From Propionibacteriaceae bacterium (GTDB lineage: Bacteria; Actinomycetota; Actinomycetes; Propionibacteriales; Propionibacteriaceae), in assembly GCA_031256725.1 (NCBI GenBank), contig JAIRQE010000021.1, positions 60,001 to 92,000 on the forward strand: DNA of 32,000 nucleotides, in the 5' to 3' direction. Within the stretch, counting starts at the first letter, position 1, and the number at the start of each line of letters is the position of its first letter. Of the stretch, positions 30,699-32,000 are shown one piece after another. The position numbers and the translations under genes are program-made. A model generated the notes under the pieces. It was not told where the DNA came from. It did not search any database and worked only from the letters and a program-made list of their open reading frames with translations.

Positions 30699-31961
30699 AT
30701 GTACAGTGGAGTTGTGAGTACTTCCCGACGAGCGACACCAGGTGAACCGAATTCCATCGCCACGAGGTACTCCGAACTCCAGTCAACCGGAATTGAGCTG
30801 ACCGATCTCACGAACACAAATCCGACCAGATGTGGGCTCTTCGATCCAAGGATCCTAGAGGTTGTCAGCGACCATCTTCCCCAGGCGAGTACCTACCAAC
30901 CGAGTCCTCGTGGCCCATGGCCGGCACGCGCTGCCCTAGCCGAGAGGTACGGTGGTAATCCAGACGACTATTGGCTGACCGCATCGACTTCGGAGGCCTA
31001 TAGTTGGCTGTTTACGATCCTCGCCGATCCGGGGGATTCTGTGGCGATCCCCAACCCTGGGTACCCTCTCATTGAGCCACTTGCCCGCCTCCAGTCGATC
31101 ACGGTACAGCCCTATCATTCCTTCTATGTACCCACAGGTTGGGAGGTTGACCTCGATTCCCTTTGCGCTGCTCTAGATGCACAGGTACAAGCGGTGGTCG
31201 CTGTACATCCGAATAACCCAACGGGGGCCTACTGTCCTGTGACGGTACCTCAGTTGGCCGCTGAGCATGGAATTCCACTTATAGCGGATGAGGTGTTTCT
31301 TCCCTATTTCCTTGGTGAGGGTGACCCTCCTCCACGCATTGGAGACTATCCCATCTCTTCTTTCGGTCATCCGGGAGTCCGTCCTGATCCAGTAGTCCTT
31401 CCCGGTCATCCTGCGCGTAAATCGCAGGATCCAGGCATCAACGACGCAGTCATATTCAGTCTTGATGGCTTATCGAAACTTCTCGCCGCTCCCCAACTCA
31501 AGCTGGGGTGGATTCGCTTGTCAGCCCCCATTCTTTCCCGTGAGAAATATGCCCAAGCACTCGATGCAATTGCTGACACCTATCTGTCAGTGAACACTCC
31601 AGTCGCTCTCGCATTACCGGATCTTCTCGACTTGGCTGAGTCGGTTGTACCCATGATTACGGCAAGACTCAGGGCAAATCTGGCAATAATCACTGAGACT
31701 TTCGGTCAAGAAAGAGTCCGTACAACGCACGGCGGGTGGATGGTACTTCTGGATGTACCACCGATGATGGAAGCTGAAGCTTTGTGCGTGGAACTCATGG
31801 AATTAGCGGGACTCTACGTTCACCCAGGGTACTTCTATGACCTGCCAGACTCGACCCTCGCGATCTCCCTCCTCCCGGAAACCCCCATCTTTGAGGAGTC
31901 ATGCATACGACTCAATGCGGCTCTTGTTGTTCTCGGAGAAAAGCTGAGAGGAATCCTTTAA
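30699..31961 (+). CDS. class I/II PLP-dependent aminotransferase
   Basis: Motifs SEAYSWLF, PNPGYPL, HPNNPTG, ADEVF and the Lys motif SLDGLSKLL...KLGWI. I prefer the ATG at 30699; the longest ORF starts at 30633. Confidence 0.85.
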   Translation: MYSGVVSTSRRATPGEPNSIATRYSELQSTGIELTDLTNTNPTRCGLFDPRILEVVSDHLPQASTYQPSPRGPWPARAALAERYGGNPDDYWLTASTSEAYSWLFTILADPGDSVAIPNPGYPLIEPLARLQSITVQPYHSFYVPTGWEVDLDSLCAALDAQVQAVVAVHPNNPTGAYCPVTVPQLAAEHGIPLIADEVFLPYFLGEGDPPPRIGDYPISSFGHPGVRPDPVVLPGHPARKSQDPGINDAVIFSLDGLSKLLAAPQLKLGWIRLSAPILSREKYAQALDAIADTYLSVNTPVALALPDLLDLAESVVPMITARLRANLAIITETFGQERVRTTHGGWMVLLDVPPMMEAEALCVELMELAGLYVHPGYFYDLPDSTLAISLLPETPIFEESCIRLNAALVVLGEKLRGIL

Positions 31962-32000
31962 TCACCAAATTCCAACACAGGACACTAGTAGAATTGCCGT

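Noticed and set aside
30633-30817. Mutually overlapping 5' extensions of the divergent hydrolase (to 30817) and aminotransferase (from 30633) ORFs.
   Set aside because: Both cannot be real. The conserved domains begin downstream of the internal ATGs (30649/30640 and 30699).
31321-31440. Pro-rich roughly 30-aa insertion in the aminotransferase (GHPGVRPDPVVLPGHPARKSQDPG) with a repeated CGGTCATCC, considered as a possible inserted mini-repeat element.
   Set aside because: The frame is maintained and the repeat is short (9 nt). It is more simply a lineage-specific surface-loop expansion, and I cannot test it without homologue alignment.
1-32000. Search for CRISPR arrays, rRNA genes, IS elements, transposases, integrases and prophage genes.
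   Set aside because: I saw no regularly spaced repeat array, no rRNA-like sequence, and no ORF with DDE, tyrosine- or serine-recombinase or phage structural motifs.

Overview
This 32-kb window is a chromosomal segment from a moderately high-G+C Gram-positive organism, most likely an actinobacterium. Support for that call: frequent GTG/TTG starts, 4-nt start/stop overlaps, an actinobacterial-type tRNA-Ser, and IspH with an N-terminal extension. I cannot name the species.

Most of the window is recognisable core metabolism and housekeeping:
- a DUF2461 protein
- a very large PFOR-family 2-oxoacid:ferredoxin oxidoreductase, translationally coupled to a fused NfnB/NfnA-like flavoprotein
- UDP-glucose 6-dehydrogenase
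- tRNA-Ser(UGA), MutY, and a TetR regulator divergent from an ABC-2 efflux pair
- an NfeD-flotillin operon, a TrmH-family methyltransferase, IspH and a DJ-1/PfpI protein
- glpK-glpF with a divergent SorC-type regulator
- an alpha/beta hydrolase and a class I/II aminotransferase

Four things stand out as not explained by ordinary annotation:
1. An AT-rich, GTAC-poor three-gene cassette at about 19.0-20.8 kb. It has its own consensus promoter and encodes one soluble and two small membrane proteins of no recognisable family. This is my best candidate for an uncharacterised accessory or defence-like module.
2. The atypical 1654-aa PFOR with a fused C-terminal ferredoxin-like domain, paired with an NfnB-NfnA fusion. 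Together they could form a self-contained 2-oxoacid:NAD(P)+ module.
3. Two diverged tandem paralogues encoding membrane-anchored proteins, one with a zinc ribbon. They are associated with a conserved 24-nt hairpin that recurs upstream of the PFOR gene with pairing-preserving substitutions.
4. A duplicated ATPase/permease gene junction that creates a 35-codon relay ORF.

I saw no CRISPR array, rRNA, transposase or integrase. All counts and G+C values are hand-derived from the sequence and approximate. All family assignments come from motif recognition by eye, not database searches.
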